In this document: positions 8,696 through 18,807 of the stretch, in pieces
Layout: each line of letters opens with the position of its first letter
Numbering within the stretch: the first letter of the stretch is position 1
Program-made: the position numbers and the translations under genes
Assembly (NCBI GenBank): GCA_964428075.1
Contig: CAYRWQ010000003.1
Location: 1-51,483 of the forward strand
DNA length: 51,483 nt
DNA from: an uncultured Bdellovibrionales bacterium
Lineage (GTDB): Bacteria; Patescibacteriota; Minisyncoccia; Moranbacterales; UBA1568
Reading direction: 5' to 3'
The notes under the pieces: generated by a model
Told to the model about the DNA's origin: nothing
Database searches by the model: none
Seen by the model: the letters and a program-made list of their open reading frames with translations, nothing else

Positions 8696-10225
8696 TTATA
8701 AATTATGTCCAGAGTTCAAACGACACACTGGTCTATACGCTAATCCAGCGAACAAGAAGAGAAAAAGGAGGCCGAAATGCGAAGACAGAAGCCAATGATC
8801 CAAAAAAAGACTCGGAAACAAAACGAGAAACGCGCAGATACTCGAAACACGCACCCTCGAAAATACTTCAGGTAATACACGACCGCGCGACACACAGACA
8901 GAAAGAATCGACTGGAAAAAAAGCAGTAAAATACACGCAAACAAGACCATGCCAACTGCTCCGAGTTCCGTAAATAACAAGAGAGGCACATTATGTGCCG
9001 GCTGAATATCCCACGCCGGACGACCTGGATCAATGGCTTTCATGACCACTGTCATATTCCCTGCCCCTACACCCAGCCAAGTAGAATTCGTCTGCATGAC
9101 ACGCTGTGCATCTTGAAACGACCCTATCCGTTCTGAGACCGAACCCTCTCGGGCAATGACTCCAGTCTCAAAGCGCGGCAATATGGTTTCAGAAAGTACT
9201 CCCACGAAGGTCAACAGGAACATCACGAAAAAAAACATATCAAGACCTGACAATCGTCGCGTATTGAAACTTGAGATGCGCCAAGTATCACTCTGAGCAC
9301 GCGCACGCCGCAAATAAATAACAGCAAACATAACAAGGGTAAAAGCGGTACCCGACCAAGCGACACGCGAAAAGGTTAACATGAGACCTAACAGTATCAG
9401 ACCAGCCCATCCCCAAAAAAACACGCGTGCCTGTATTGATCTAATCCGACGCGAAAAATATCCGATTCCCAAAACCAGAATTGCCCCGAGATACCCTCCA
9501 AGCATATTCGGATGAGGGAAAGTTCCATACGCTCGTAACCAGCGTCCAGAATCATTTACCAGGACTGATGTTCCGGCTCGCCAGGCCTCATGCGCGCTGA
9601 CACCAAGCCATGTCGATGAAAAGTCCTGCTGTAAAAAAAACTGTCCGATACCGAGTGCGCTTTCAAGAACCGCCCCAATACACAATATTACCACCGCTTC
9701 GTTCACTTCGTGCTCATGCAAAGACGAAGAAATCCACCAAACACCACCAGCCAACAAAAGCTTCATCAGGAAGTATCCTGCCAACATCCGATCAGGTGCC
9801 CACGATATCGAGAGAGCGGTCCACGCTACGAACATGCAGAAAAATATGACCCGGGAATACGCATGCCGCCAAGTAACACCCAGAAACGAATGAGGACTGT
9901 GCACACATGCTTGCGACGACTCCCGCCGTCTATCGACCAACAAAGAGGTGCAGCATTTCCACATTCCCGAAACACGCCATCCAAAACTGCCGAGTAAACA
10001 AATCAGATGTCTCATCTCTAGTTTCGGGTGCGAGAAAAACAATCTATCAACCACGAAAACCACTAAAACCAAAAATAACACAATATCCGTCGCGTATATC
10101 CCAATCGTCCCGTACTGCCATTTTTCCCCATCAAGAATCGGTTCGCGTAAAAAATAAACCGTATGAATCGGCAACACAAACAAAAACACCAGGAAACCAA
10201 ATCGCCACCATATCCGCATAACCAC
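8696..10225 (-). CDS. O-antigen ligase/polymerase-like (Wzy_C-type) polytopic membrane protein
   Basis: 509 aa with at least 10 hydrophobic helices. It has the characteristic TFSRVAWSG segment and a large loop, and it sits in a glycan-cluster context. Confidence 0.65.
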   Translation of the reverse strand: MVMRIWWRFGFLVFLFVLPIHTVYFLREPILDGEKWQYGTIGIYATDIVLFLVLVVFVVDRLFFSHPKLEMRHLICLLGSFGWRVSGMWKCCTSLLVDRRRESSQACVHSPHSFLGVTWRHAYSRVIFFCMFVAWTALSISWAPDRMLAGYFLMKLLLAGGVWWISSSLHEHEVNEAVVILCIGAVLESALGIGQFFLQQDFSSTWLGVSAHEAWRAGTSVLVNDSGRWLRAYGTFPHPNMLGGYLGAILVLGIGYFSRRIRSIQARVFFWGWAGLILLGLMLTFSRVAWSGTAFTLVMFAVIYLRRARAQSDTWRISSFNTRRLSGLDMFFFVMFLLTFVGVLSETILPRFETGVIAREGSVSERIGSFQDAQRVMQTNSTWLGVGAGNMTVVMKAIDPGRPAWDIQPAHNVPLLLFTELGAVGMVLFACILLLFFQSILSVCVSRGRVLPEVFSRVRVSSICAFLVLFPSLFLDHWLLSSHFGLLFLFLFAGLAYRPVCRLNSGHNL

Positions 10226-10242
10226 ACCAGCTACCCAATTAT

Positions 10243-10809
10243 TTATTCAGCCAAATGGGCAAACTTATTTTGCCATACCCGCAACTCTTCAAATATCGGA
10301 TCGGCAAACTCTCTCGGCTTTCCAGAAAGAATCGCCTGAGCATTACGCAAACAATACCCAAACTGGCCAATATCATTCTGGCTCGCATACCATTTGAAAC
10401 TATCCAGAATGTCCGCCGTCTTCACAATGAGAGCCTCTTGCCCATTCTGAATACAACGCCGTATCAACTCCTGAGTCTTTTCCGTGCCATCAGGAATTGA
10501 ATTATCCCTAGTGCTCGCCAGAACGAGCGCCAATACCGATTCCCCAAATCCATCTCGTAACATCTCCTGACTGATACTTGACCACTCCAGCGCGTCATGT
10601 AGTACACCTGCCAACACGATATCCCGTGAGTATCCTTGCTCGTACAAGTACACACCCGCTCGAATATCATGAAACAAGATCGGCTTCCGGCTCCCCTCCT
10701 CAGAAATGGGCACGTATCTGACTAAAAGACGTACTGCCTTCTCAAACGCGATGTGTAATGGCTTCAACATACGCCAGTAAAAGTTCAGGTTTAAACGCAC
10801 CCGCATCAT
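10243..10809 (-). CDS. Stand-alone HD-domain hydrolase resembling the SpoT/Mesh1 (p)ppGpp hydrolase domain
   Basis: The segment ILFHDIRAGVYLYEQGYSRDIVLAGVLHDALEWSSISQEMLRDGFGESVLALVLASTRD follows the SpoT-type pattern H...LHD..ED/E...FG..V..LV..vT. The start is uncertain: 10809, 10806 or 10770. Confidence 0.6.
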   Translation of the reverse strand: MMRVRLNLNFYWRMLKPLHIAFEKAVRLLVRYVPISEEGSRKPILFHDIRAGVYLYEQGYSRDIVLAGVLHDALEWSSISQEMLRDGFGESVLALVLASTRDNSIPDGTEKTQELIRRCIQNGQEALIVKTADILDSFKWYASQNDIGQFGYCLRNAQAILSGKPREFADPIFEELRVWQNKFAHLAE

Positions 10810-10835
10810 ACCAAAACCAGTTCGGAAGTGCTATC

Positions 10836-11477
10836 ATGTTGGATATGCGCTACATTACCCTTTCCGGCGTGGACGGCAGCGGAAAATCCACCCAACTCGA
10901 ACTACTCAAACAACACCTCATAAGCGCAGGTCACCGAGTCGCCTATTTTCATGCTGTCGAATTCTCACTGGTCAACCGTCTCGTACGTCGACTCAAACAT
11001 ATCAAAAACTTCCAACCAGGCCATGAAAAGGCTATTACTCGCACTTCGCTCTTTGCCCTCCTGCTCCGCCAAACATTCTTTTTCCTCGATGTATTCCGCT
11101 TCCGACGTTTCTACGCCACACTCAAACAGGAAGGGTATGACTACCTCCTGTCTGATCGTTCCTTCTTTGATAGCTTCATTCAGCTCGAATACCTTGCGCT
11201 CCAACACAAGAACGCACTCCCATTTCTTTTGTGGCGCACTCATTCCAATGTACTCGAATCCTCTCTCCCACGCCCAGATATCGCCTTCTATTTTGAGCTT
11301 GATCCGCAGATCATCATGTCCCGAGAACGGATACCCGAACAAGGTATTGAATACCTCGAAACGAAGCAAGATTTGTATCAGACAAAAATACGTCCCTGGA
11401 ATATGCATGTCCTCAATACTGAACAACCGAAAGAACTCGTTTTCGCTTCCCTGCTCGCTACATTCCGCGAACATTGA
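10836..11477 (+). CDS. P-loop kinase of the thymidylate kinase (dTMP kinase)-like family
   Basis: N-terminus MRYITLSGVDGSGKSTQLELLKQHL. GGAAG lies 7 nt upstream of ATG 10836. The rest diverges from canonical Tmk, with no REP motif after the P-loop. Confidence 0.55.
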   Translation: MLDMRYITLSGVDGSGKSTQLELLKQHLISAGHRVAYFHAVEFSLVNRLVRRLKHIKNFQPGHEKAITRTSLFALLLRQTFFFLDVFRFRRFYATLKQEGYDYLLSDRSFFDSFIQLEYLALQHKNALPFLLWRTHSNVLESSLPRPDIAFYFELDPQIIMSRERIPEQGIEYLETKQDLYQTKIRPWNMHVLNTEQPKELVFASLLATFREH

Positions 11478-11486
11478 AATACGCTC

Positions 11487-12971
11487 ATGAAAAAGTTTTC
11501 CAATGCACTCGTTTGGCTCACCTGTTCTGAAATCATCTTCAGCGTAGCTGGCTACATCATTCAGTCAGCAGTCGGACGTATTCTTGGTCCGGCTGATTAT
11601 GGCCGTTACAGCCTGGTCGTAACACTCACCACCATGATTATCGTTCTGATCGGAAATGGCATCCCAACCGCTATGTCTAAGTATTTGAGCGAAATTTTTG
11701 AGAGCGCACCAGAAAAAATCCTTGGTATCAAACATCAGGCTATCCGTCTTCAGGTCTTGCTCATGTTATCAGTGACCATTCTGTTCTTTCTCTCTGCGCC
11801 ACTTATCGCACGAGCGCTCCGCGATCCAAGCCTCACTCCCCTCTTCCAGCTCTCTTCGCTCATCATCCCGGCCTTCGCTGCCGCCTCATTCTATTTTTAT
11901 TACTATACCGGTCTGCATTTCTTCCGCCTCCAAGCAATACTGAAAACAACACGTGCTTTTGGTCGTATCATCTTCATCATCGGATTCTCCTACTTTTTTG
12001 GTGTCCAAGGTGCCGTCTCGGGCTATATCGCTGCCCCAATGTTCGTTTTTACCATCGCGCTGATAGCCGATATTTTCATCACCCACCGCTATTTTCCACA
12101 CGTCAAACAGACAAAAGCCGACATCATTCCATTCTCCGGAAAAACCATTCTGGCTTATGCCGGACCACTCACGCTTTTCCTACTTTTCTATGAGCTCATC
12201 CTCACTCTCGATCTCTATTTCGTCAAAAGTCTGCTCCAAAGCGATTATCTGACCGGCATTTATAATGCTGCTATTACGGCTGGTCGCATCCCTTACTATC
12301 TTTTTTACGCACTTACCATCATACTACTCCCAGCCATTTCCAAAACGACATCTGAACGAAACGCCGGAGAGACAACCCGTCTTGTCAATCAATCGCTCAG
12401 ACTTCTCGTTTTTCTCCTCTTCCCAATGATTACCCTCCTCATCATATATGCCCCCCAGGTACTCCACATTTTCTATGGAAATCAATATATCGCCGCTACA
12501 CAGCCACTCCAAATTTATGCTCTCGGAGTCGGCTTTTTGACCATTTTTTATGTTCTCTCATTCGCACTCAATGGAGCCGGCCTCGTCAAAATCCCCATGC
12601 AACTTGCATTCTGGGGATTTCTAAGTATGATTGTGCTGAATCTCATCCTGATTCCCCAATGGGCACTCGCGGGTGCGGCACTTTCCATCACCCTGGTTTC
12701 CATCGCGATCACCATCCTTCTGCTTGTATCCATTAAGCAACACTTTGATGTCCACATTGCCCCCCGTACACTCTTTGTTTCTCTTGGGAACGCTATCCTA
12801 CTCGTAGTCCTCTCTTATTCTCTTCCCTCTGGCAATATCACTTTTCTCGGCTCAAGCACACTACTCGTCGGTCTGTACTTCATGCTTCTCCGCCTCTCAG
12901 GAGAACTCACACCGACCGACATAGCCCCACTTACCACACTGTTCCGTTCCAGAAAGAACCAGAATCGTTGA
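11487..12971 (+). CDS. Polysaccharide/oligosaccharide flippase (MOP superfamily, Wzx-like)
   Basis: 494 aa with about 12-14 TM helices. The N-terminus is typical of Wzx/polysaccharide-biosynthesis proteins (AGYIIQSAVGRILGPADYGRYSLV). Confidence 0.7.
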   Translation: MKKFSNALVWLTCSEIIFSVAGYIIQSAVGRILGPADYGRYSLVVTLTTMIIVLIGNGIPTAMSKYLSEIFESAPEKILGIKHQAIRLQVLLMLSVTILFFLSAPLIARALRDPSLTPLFQLSSLIIPAFAAASFYFYYYTGLHFFRLQAILKTTRAFGRIIFIIGFSYFFGVQGAVSGYIAAPMFVFTIALIADIFITHRYFPHVKQTKADIIPFSGKTILAYAGPLTLFLLFYELILTLDLYFVKSLLQSDYLTGIYNAAITAGRIPYYLFYALTIILLPAISKTTSERNAGETTRLVNQSLRLLVFLLFPMITLLIIYAPQVLHIFYGNQYIAATQPLQIYALGVGFLTIFYVLSFALNGAGLVKIPMQLAFWGFLSMIVLNLILIPQWALAGAALSITLVSIAITILLLVSIKQHFDVHIAPRTLFVSLGNAILLVVLSYSLPSGNITFLGSSTLLVGLYFMLLRLSGELTPTDIAPLTTLFRSRKNQNR

Positions 12972-13011
12972 TATCGTATTGAAACCGCACCCACTTCTGC
13001 ACCGTACAATA

Positions 13012-14598
13012 TCAGTCACCACGAACATGTTCAAAACGATAGACATCTATCGGACCTCGAACTGCCGAATGACTCACTCTCTCTAAATATTTTTTCATGT
13101 ATTCTTCGGCATCATTTGAAAAATAGTCGTAGTCGTTGCTTGAAAGAACAATCCAGCCGCTCTCATTATTCGACACAATACGCTGGAGCGCCTCTCTGGA
13201 TAACCGTATCCGATTCACCTCATCACTCAGATCGTACACGAATATATCCGCCCCACTCCAATAATAATTACGAAAATTCCGTGTTACTAAAACGTCAGTC
13301 GGCTGCCGATGTGTTTTTATATATTCAAAGACCTTGCGATAATTCGGATTTCCTCCTGACGCCGTTTCATGGTAGGTCGTATTCTCCTCAAAAAAATAAC
13401 TAAAATTAGGAACGAGTAGGATAAGCATAAAAAGAACCGCAAGTGCCATCCTCTTCCCCAACTCAACGAAGCGTTGACCAAGTGACTGCCAGACGCCAAA
13501 AATACCAGAGGCCACCAAAATCAGCCCAAATGACTGCGCGAAGAAAATGTACTGCGGTCCCGCGTTACGCTGGAAAAACCAAATGGCACAGGCCAACGGA
13601 ACAACAAATGAAAATACAAGATACCAAGCCGCTTTTGATCGTCGCTCCCACGTTATGAGATGAAAAGCTCCAAAGCACATGAGCAGTACCGCGAGCAGTG
13701 GATGTTCGTAATCCGTCATCACATAACCGAGGTAGCTATAATGATTATCCAACCAAATAAGACCCGATGAAAAAGAAGCAAAAAAACTCGGGGCGAGAAA
13801 ACGAAGCGCTACGAGTCCGCAGATACCCAACATACAAAATAGAAAATACCGATTCTTCCAGATCCGCGTCGCATGATACCTCTGGGCACCAGCCCAGATA
13901 AGATAGACTGCCGTTGACAGAATGATCGTGACTGTCAACTGGTGCGTCAAAATTCCGACCACAAACAATACGCCGGCCAGCAATGCGTATCCAATATGCA
14001 GGCCAATCATTCTAGATAATATACGGGCACGATTCCATCTGATCCGAATGGTCCTTTCAAGAGCGAGGTACAATACTGTCGCCAATGCCAAATAGACAGG
14101 AGCAAACATCGAGTACATCCGCAATCGACGGTCAAAGATAATTCCTGAAACCGACAATGCGATTAAAGCAGCGGCGATCAGCGCCGTCTCACGTCGTTTC
14201 GTGAACACCAGTGTGCTCCAAAAAACAACCACTATCGAAATACATCCCCAAAAAACACTCACCATGCGTGCCGTTGTTTCAGTCGGCGGGAGAACGCGGA
14301 ATAATTGTGCCACCTGCCACTTATAAATAGTCGCTCGTTCATCGCGAGCCACATTAGCGTTCATCGAACTTGGCTCGTCACGGTTAAAATCCCATGCGCG
14401 CCATTCGCCCGTTTTGAAGTACCCGTAAGCGGAATTCATATCCAAAAATTCGTCCGCTACAAAAGAATTATTCCCAAGACCGTACGCCCGAACCCCCACT
14501 CCAAAACAGACAATAAAACTCAAGATGAGCAAAGTGTGTTTCCAAGAAATCATACGCATTTCGCAAAAAAATGAGAGAAAAATTAAGGTGAGAGCCAT
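13012..14598 (-). CDS. GT-C fold membrane glycosyltransferase (ArnT/PMT, GT39-like)
   Basis: 528 aa and polytopic. An acidic first-loop motif (ADEFLD) follows TM1, and there is a large C-terminal soluble domain. Its ATG overlaps the upstream stop as TAATG. Confidence 0.55.
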   Translation of the reverse strand: MALTLIFLSFFCEMRMISWKHTLLILSFIVCFGVGVRAYGLGNNSFVADEFLDMNSAYGYFKTGEWRAWDFNRDEPSSMNANVARDERATIYKWQVAQLFRVLPPTETTARMVSVFWGCISIVVVFWSTLVFTKRRETALIAAALIALSVSGIIFDRRLRMYSMFAPVYLALATVLYLALERTIRIRWNRARILSRMIGLHIGYALLAGVLFVVGILTHQLTVTIILSTAVYLIWAGAQRYHATRIWKNRYFLFCMLGICGLVALRFLAPSFFASFSSGLIWLDNHYSYLGYVMTDYEHPLLAVLLMCFGAFHLITWERRSKAAWYLVFSFVVPLACAIWFFQRNAGPQYIFFAQSFGLILVASGIFGVWQSLGQRFVELGKRMALAVLFMLILLVPNFSYFFEENTTYHETASGGNPNYRKVFEYIKTHRQPTDVLVTRNFRNYYWSGADIFVYDLSDEVNRIRLSREALQRIVSNNESGWIVLSSNDYDYFSNDAEEYMKKYLERVSHSAVRGPIDVYRFEHVRGD

Positions 14599-16430
14599 TA
14601 AAGGCCATCAAAGATCTCATTATCCACACCACCCGAGGCGTCATCACTCGTATCCATACGATCAACCGATTGTTGCGACCAATTTCGACTATACCATTCA
14701 CGCCATGTATACCGTGGCGACACCGAAGTAGTCTGTGGCTTTTCACGAGAGAAATCCTGATGTTCCATCAAAATGAACTCCGGCTTTGGAAACAACTCAA
14801 AAACAATTAATGTTCCAAAAAAGGTTTTCTCACCAACTGTATACATCGGCCGGTATTTCTTCAAGGCATCCTCATGATTCGAATGTGCCCGTAACACAAG
14901 GTAATACACTCCCTGTCGATAAATACCGTCAAATCCAAGTACGGCATTCTCGACACCCCTCTGCTCAAGCAAATACTTCAAGGCTCGACGATATTGCGGT
15001 TCACTCCACATATAAACCGGATACCCTGTTTCATGTGAGCGTGCGGTAAGAAAATCAACAATAGCCTGCTCCTGTTGTAAAGTAACGCGAATCTGCTCTT
15101 TCAAGATACGGTCCGGCTCGCTATCGATCGCTTCGGTCATGGAACGAGAGAGTTCATCAAACCGATGCCAAGTGAAGAATACATTTGATCCGACCAAAAG
15201 CACGATTACAGATATACTGAGGGTAAACCCGACATGATAACGTCGAAAACATCGTTCGATCATCAACAAGAGGACTCCGACAAGCACGATAAAGAAAGGT
15301 CCCGATAAAAGGAAAAATCGTGGTGCGATGCTATAGGCAAGTGGCAAAAACAGTACAAAGGTAATCCCAAGCCACAGACCTGAGAGCAAGAGAAAATCTG
15401 CCTTCGTACGTTCGCGCTCACGCCACCACAGAAAAAGGAGAATGAAAATCGAAAAAGAGAACGTGAGTATTGCTGCAAGACCATACCACTTCCCCGCATC
15501 GCAGCGAGTGAGACAATGAGTAATAAACGTACCATCCTCAACGCGAATCGCAGGAAACATACCTCCTTCGAAACCAGTAACCACTACCAGGGCAGCTAAA
15601 CTGTGTTCACTCGTGTTTCGTATCGTCTTTTCCAGTATACTGTACTTCGCATTGGTTGATTTGTCTGTAATTGCCTTCACGAATTCCTGCGAGTTCCGAC
15701 CACCTGTTTCCATCTCATTTAAAACCACTGGCAGATACAGAAACGCAACAATACCCAGAGCAGCAAGCCATGCTTTCCACGAATATCGTGGTCTTCGTAT
15801 CAATAAAAAGCTCACGAGCAATATCGGAAGCGAAATAAAAGCAAGAAAGTGCAACTGCGATGCTATACTAAAGAGCATCACGCACGCACCAAACCATACG
15901 CCCCGGTGTTTTTCATGCGCATCGACTGAGCGCAGCAAAGCATAAAATCCGGATAGAACAAAAAACGGAATCGGATTTGGATTCCACGCAAATCGCCCAT
16001 ATAAGACAAAAAACAACGATGTCGCAAGCAATGCGGTCAGACTAAGCGACAGACGATCTGTGAAAAATCTTCGTACAAACAAAAAGAACACGCCAATAGT
16101 CGCCACCGAAAGCATCATCACTCCAAGTGCGTACCCAACCGGATTTGCCCCAAAAAGCAATCCGCTCACGTACTGAAACATATAGAAAGAAGGTCCGAGG
16201 CGCAGCAGTGTTCCTCCCGCCTTAGGACCGAGTAGAGGCAAATCGAAGAATGAACCAACCATGGCTCGATCGATCACTCGGGCATCACGCGACTGATCGA
16301 GTTCAAAATGTAACCAGTCAGAAAAGTGATAACTCCGCAGTAAGAATCCAAAAAAAACAATCGTGGACAATACCACAAGAACCCAAAGATTCCACCGCCT
16401 CTGTGTATGTTTCTGTCCCATATCCACCAT
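14598..16430 (-). CDS. GT-C fold membrane glycosyltransferase (ArnT/PMT-like), paralogous architecture
   Basis: 610 aa and polytopic. It has a first-loop ELDQSRDA motif and a C-terminal soluble domain. Its stop TAA (14600-14598) shares one nucleotide with the next gene's ATG. Confidence 0.55.
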   Translation of the reverse strand: MVDMGQKHTQRRWNLWVLVVLSTIVFFGFLLRSYHFSDWLHFELDQSRDARVIDRAMVGSFFDLPLLGPKAGGTLLRLGPSFYMFQYVSGLLFGANPVGYALGVMMLSVATIGVFFLFVRRFFTDRLSLSLTALLATSLFFVLYGRFAWNPNPIPFFVLSGFYALLRSVDAHEKHRGVWFGACVMLFSIASQLHFLAFISLPILLVSFLLIRRPRYSWKAWLAALGIVAFLYLPVVLNEMETGGRNSQEFVKAITDKSTNAKYSILEKTIRNTSEHSLAALVVVTGFEGGMFPAIRVEDGTFITHCLTRCDAGKWYGLAAILTFSFSIFILLFLWWRERERTKADFLLLSGLWLGITFVLFLPLAYSIAPRFFLLSGPFFIVLVGVLLLMIERCFRRYHVGFTLSISVIVLLVGSNVFFTWHRFDELSRSMTEAIDSEPDRILKEQIRVTLQQEQAIVDFLTARSHETGYPVYMWSEPQYRRALKYLLEQRGVENAVLGFDGIYRQGVYYLVLRAHSNHEDALKKYRPMYTVGEKTFFGTLIVFELFPKPEFILMEHQDFSREKPQTTSVSPRYTWREWYSRNWSQQSVDRMDTSDDASGGVDNEIFDGL

Positions 16431-16473
16431 AATACACTATCCTCGAAAGAGCACCAAACACACATTCGTGGAA

Positions 16474-17175
16474 TCAATGTGACCGTAATTCCCGAGAAAA
16501 ACGCTTATTCACGGTATCCGGGGTAGAGAGCTGTACCGGGCGAAATGACTGCCGATGCAGCGGGCATGGCCCATATCTCCGTAAGGCATCCATATGTTCC
16601 TTTGTCCCGTAACCCTTATGTCTGATAAAACCGTAAGCCGGATATTCCTGATCATAAGCATCCATCATGCGATCCCGCGTCACCTTAGCTATGATAGAAG
16701 CAGCCGCGATAGATTTAGAAATGCCGTCCCCGCCGATCAACGACTCATGTTCGCCAGAAAAATTCGGAATTTGCTGATCACCATCGATCAAGAAAAAGAG
16801 GCGAGATGAATCGTCAACCGATACGTTTCTTCTCAAGTTCGATATGGCTGCCTTCATGGCAAGAAACGTGGCTTCAAGGATATTCACTCGATCGATCGTT
16901 TCCATGGAAATAACACCGATACCAACCACGAAATACTCCTGTATCACGCCAAATATCTGCTCCCGCTGTTTTTCAGACAGTTTTTTAGAATCACGTATGA
17001 GGGAAAATGTTTTTTCTTGGTCCGATGGAATCAGAAAGTTTGAATCACGATACATGACTGCGGCTGCCACTACCGGTCCAGCCAATGGCCCTCGCCCAGC
17101 CTCATCCACACCAACCGTCAATCGACCGCTCTCCAACAGTCTAAGCCTCTCAATTTCAAAAGTCGTCGGTTGCAT
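16474..17175 (-). CDS. rnhB: Ribonuclease HII
   Basis: It has the VGVDEAGRGPLAGPVVAAAV catalytic motif and GDGISKSIAAASIIAKVTRD. I chose the start at MQPTTFEIERL (17175). Confidence 0.9.
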   Translation of the reverse strand: MQPTTFEIERLRLLESGRLTVGVDEAGRGPLAGPVVAAAVMYRDSNFLIPSDQEKTFSLIRDSKKLSEKQREQIFGVIQEYFVVGIGVISMETIDRVNILEATFLAMKAAISNLRRNVSVDDSSRLFFLIDGDQQIPNFSGEHESLIGGDGISKSIAAASIIAKVTRDRMMDAYDQEYPAYGFIRHKGYGTKEHMDALRRYGPCPLHRQSFRPVQLSTPDTVNKRFSRELRSH

Positions 17176-17338
17176 ACTCTCACAAACAAGAGATCGGGAA
17201 ATACACGACACTCATACACAAACCATTATCGGCGAAGTATCTACATTTTTTCTTCATCTGTCACAACATATCCCTCACGCATCATACCGTGCCTGGGAAG
17301 GACACAAACCACTCTCACGGCAGTCTCCCCACAAGAGA

Positions 17339-18652
17339 CTAAAAGAAGATGGCGTAAAAAGTAAGACTACCAACGCCTGCGATGTACACGATCGGTAAAA
17401 AAAACCTCCATGACTGTCGTATGCCTAAATGATACAGAACAACACCATACTTGGCACTAATACTCCCCAGAAGGGCGAGTAAAATACCTATACCCATGAC
17501 CAGATCACTGATTTCATGATATTTGAATGCTTCACCAATGGATGCCAGTGCGGCCGCAGAACTAATCAGAGACGAGAAAAACGTCGCAATAATCAACCAG
17601 GCATGCCCAAGATAGAACCGCACGAAAACCATAATGATCATCACAACCGAGAAAATCACGGAAAACTTGGTGATGAACTTGAAAGGCAACGGTCGATCGG
17701 TAAATCGTACCTCCTCAGTTCGTGTCGATTGAGAAAATCTGAAAAGTGTCAGTATCACCATCATGAGAAAAATGGTGATAAGCGGAAACAGCATCTTTTG
17801 AAAAAAAACTTGCGGGACAATCGCGAATAAAATAAGAATGTCCTTAAATAACGAGCCAGTACTCGCTGCAAGATAAGCGAGATAGAGATTCTCCTGCCCG
17901 TCCTTCTTCTTGCCAGAGCCGCGTAAAAATAGAATGATCGTGGCGAGTGACGAAACCAAACCCCCAAAAAAAGTCGCGAGGAGCAGTGCATTACGTCCGC
18001 GAATATATTTTGTGATGAAATGAGAAATAAAACTCATGAAACTCACCATGAGTAACACTTTCCAAAAGGTAGCTACATTAACAGCTTGAAACAAAAATGT
18101 ATGCTGTGAAAACGAATACAACGGTATTTTAACCGACGCGTCGGCGGGAATGAGCGGTGTAATCACCAGAGCAATGGCAATAAGCATGCTAAAATCGAAA
18201 AGTTCCTGTTTTTCAATCGTAGCAGCAAATTGATGCCACTGGTCTTTCAACTCCAAAATAATCAACAAAATGAAAACAACGGTTGTCATCAACCAGAATT
18301 CAACCTGAAACACGCTCAGGCTCGCAACCAAAAACACGATTGGGAAAGCAAGAATAGTCGTAATCCCCGCGCGCGAAACTGGACCTTCTTGGTGTAATGT
18401 CCCCAATGACTCAAAGGCGAAGACAATCACACCAAGTAACATCACTCCAGAAAAAGCAATCGGCCAAATATAAGGATTGTACGCATGCAGATAACTCGCT
18501 AAAAATGCAAGCAAAGCGATTAAGGTGAAATCGCGTATGCCGAGATTCCTCTGTCCGGCCGCTCGATTCGATTGACGTTCAACACCAATGAGTAACCCGG
18601 ATGTCAAAGCCATCAACAATTGCCATCCAATACCGAGCAGATTATGATCCAT
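17339..18652 (-). CDS. Polytopic membrane protein, MgtC/SapB-like N-terminus with DUF4010-like extension
   Basis: 437 aa. The N-terminus LTSGLLIGVERQSNRAAGQRNLGIRDFTLIALLAF fits the MgtC pattern (G.ER....aG.RT..L). About 10 more TM helices follow. Confidence 0.55.
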   Translation of the reverse strand: MDHNLLGIGWQLLMALTSGLLIGVERQSNRAAGQRNLGIRDFTLIALLAFLASYLHAYNPYIWPIAFSGVMLLGVIVFAFESLGTLHQEGPVSRAGITTILAFPIVFLVASLSVFQVEFWLMTTVVFILLIILELKDQWHQFAATIEKQELFDFSMLIAIALVITPLIPADASVKIPLYSFSQHTFLFQAVNVATFWKVLLMVSFMSFISHFITKYIRGRNALLLATFFGGLVSSLATIILFLRGSGKKKDGQENLYLAYLAASTGSLFKDILILFAIVPQVFFQKMLFPLITIFLMMVILTLFRFSQSTRTEEVRFTDRPLPFKFITKFSVIFSVVMIIMVFVRFYLGHAWLIIATFFSSLISSAAALASIGEAFKYHEISDLVMGIGILLALLGSISAKYGVVLYHLGIRQSWRFFLPIVYIAGVGSLTFYAIFF

Positions 18653-18807
18653 AGGGTTTTATAAAACAATTCAAAACCGAGTATTCTGCTGAGAAGCAGG
18701 AGGTATGAAAAAGAAAAAACCTCTCTATCAACGTCGATTTTCTCATTCGAAAAACACAGTATCCCTTTTACCACTTTCTCTAAAAGAAGTCAAAACTCTC
18801 CCCACTT

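Noticed and set aside
14620-14628. Perfect DnaA-box 9-mer TTATCCACA
   Set aside because: It is a single copy inside the coding sequence of a GT-C gene, with no cluster of boxes and no AT-rich unwinding element nearby. Roughly one chance hit is expected in about 100 kb of two-strand sequence.
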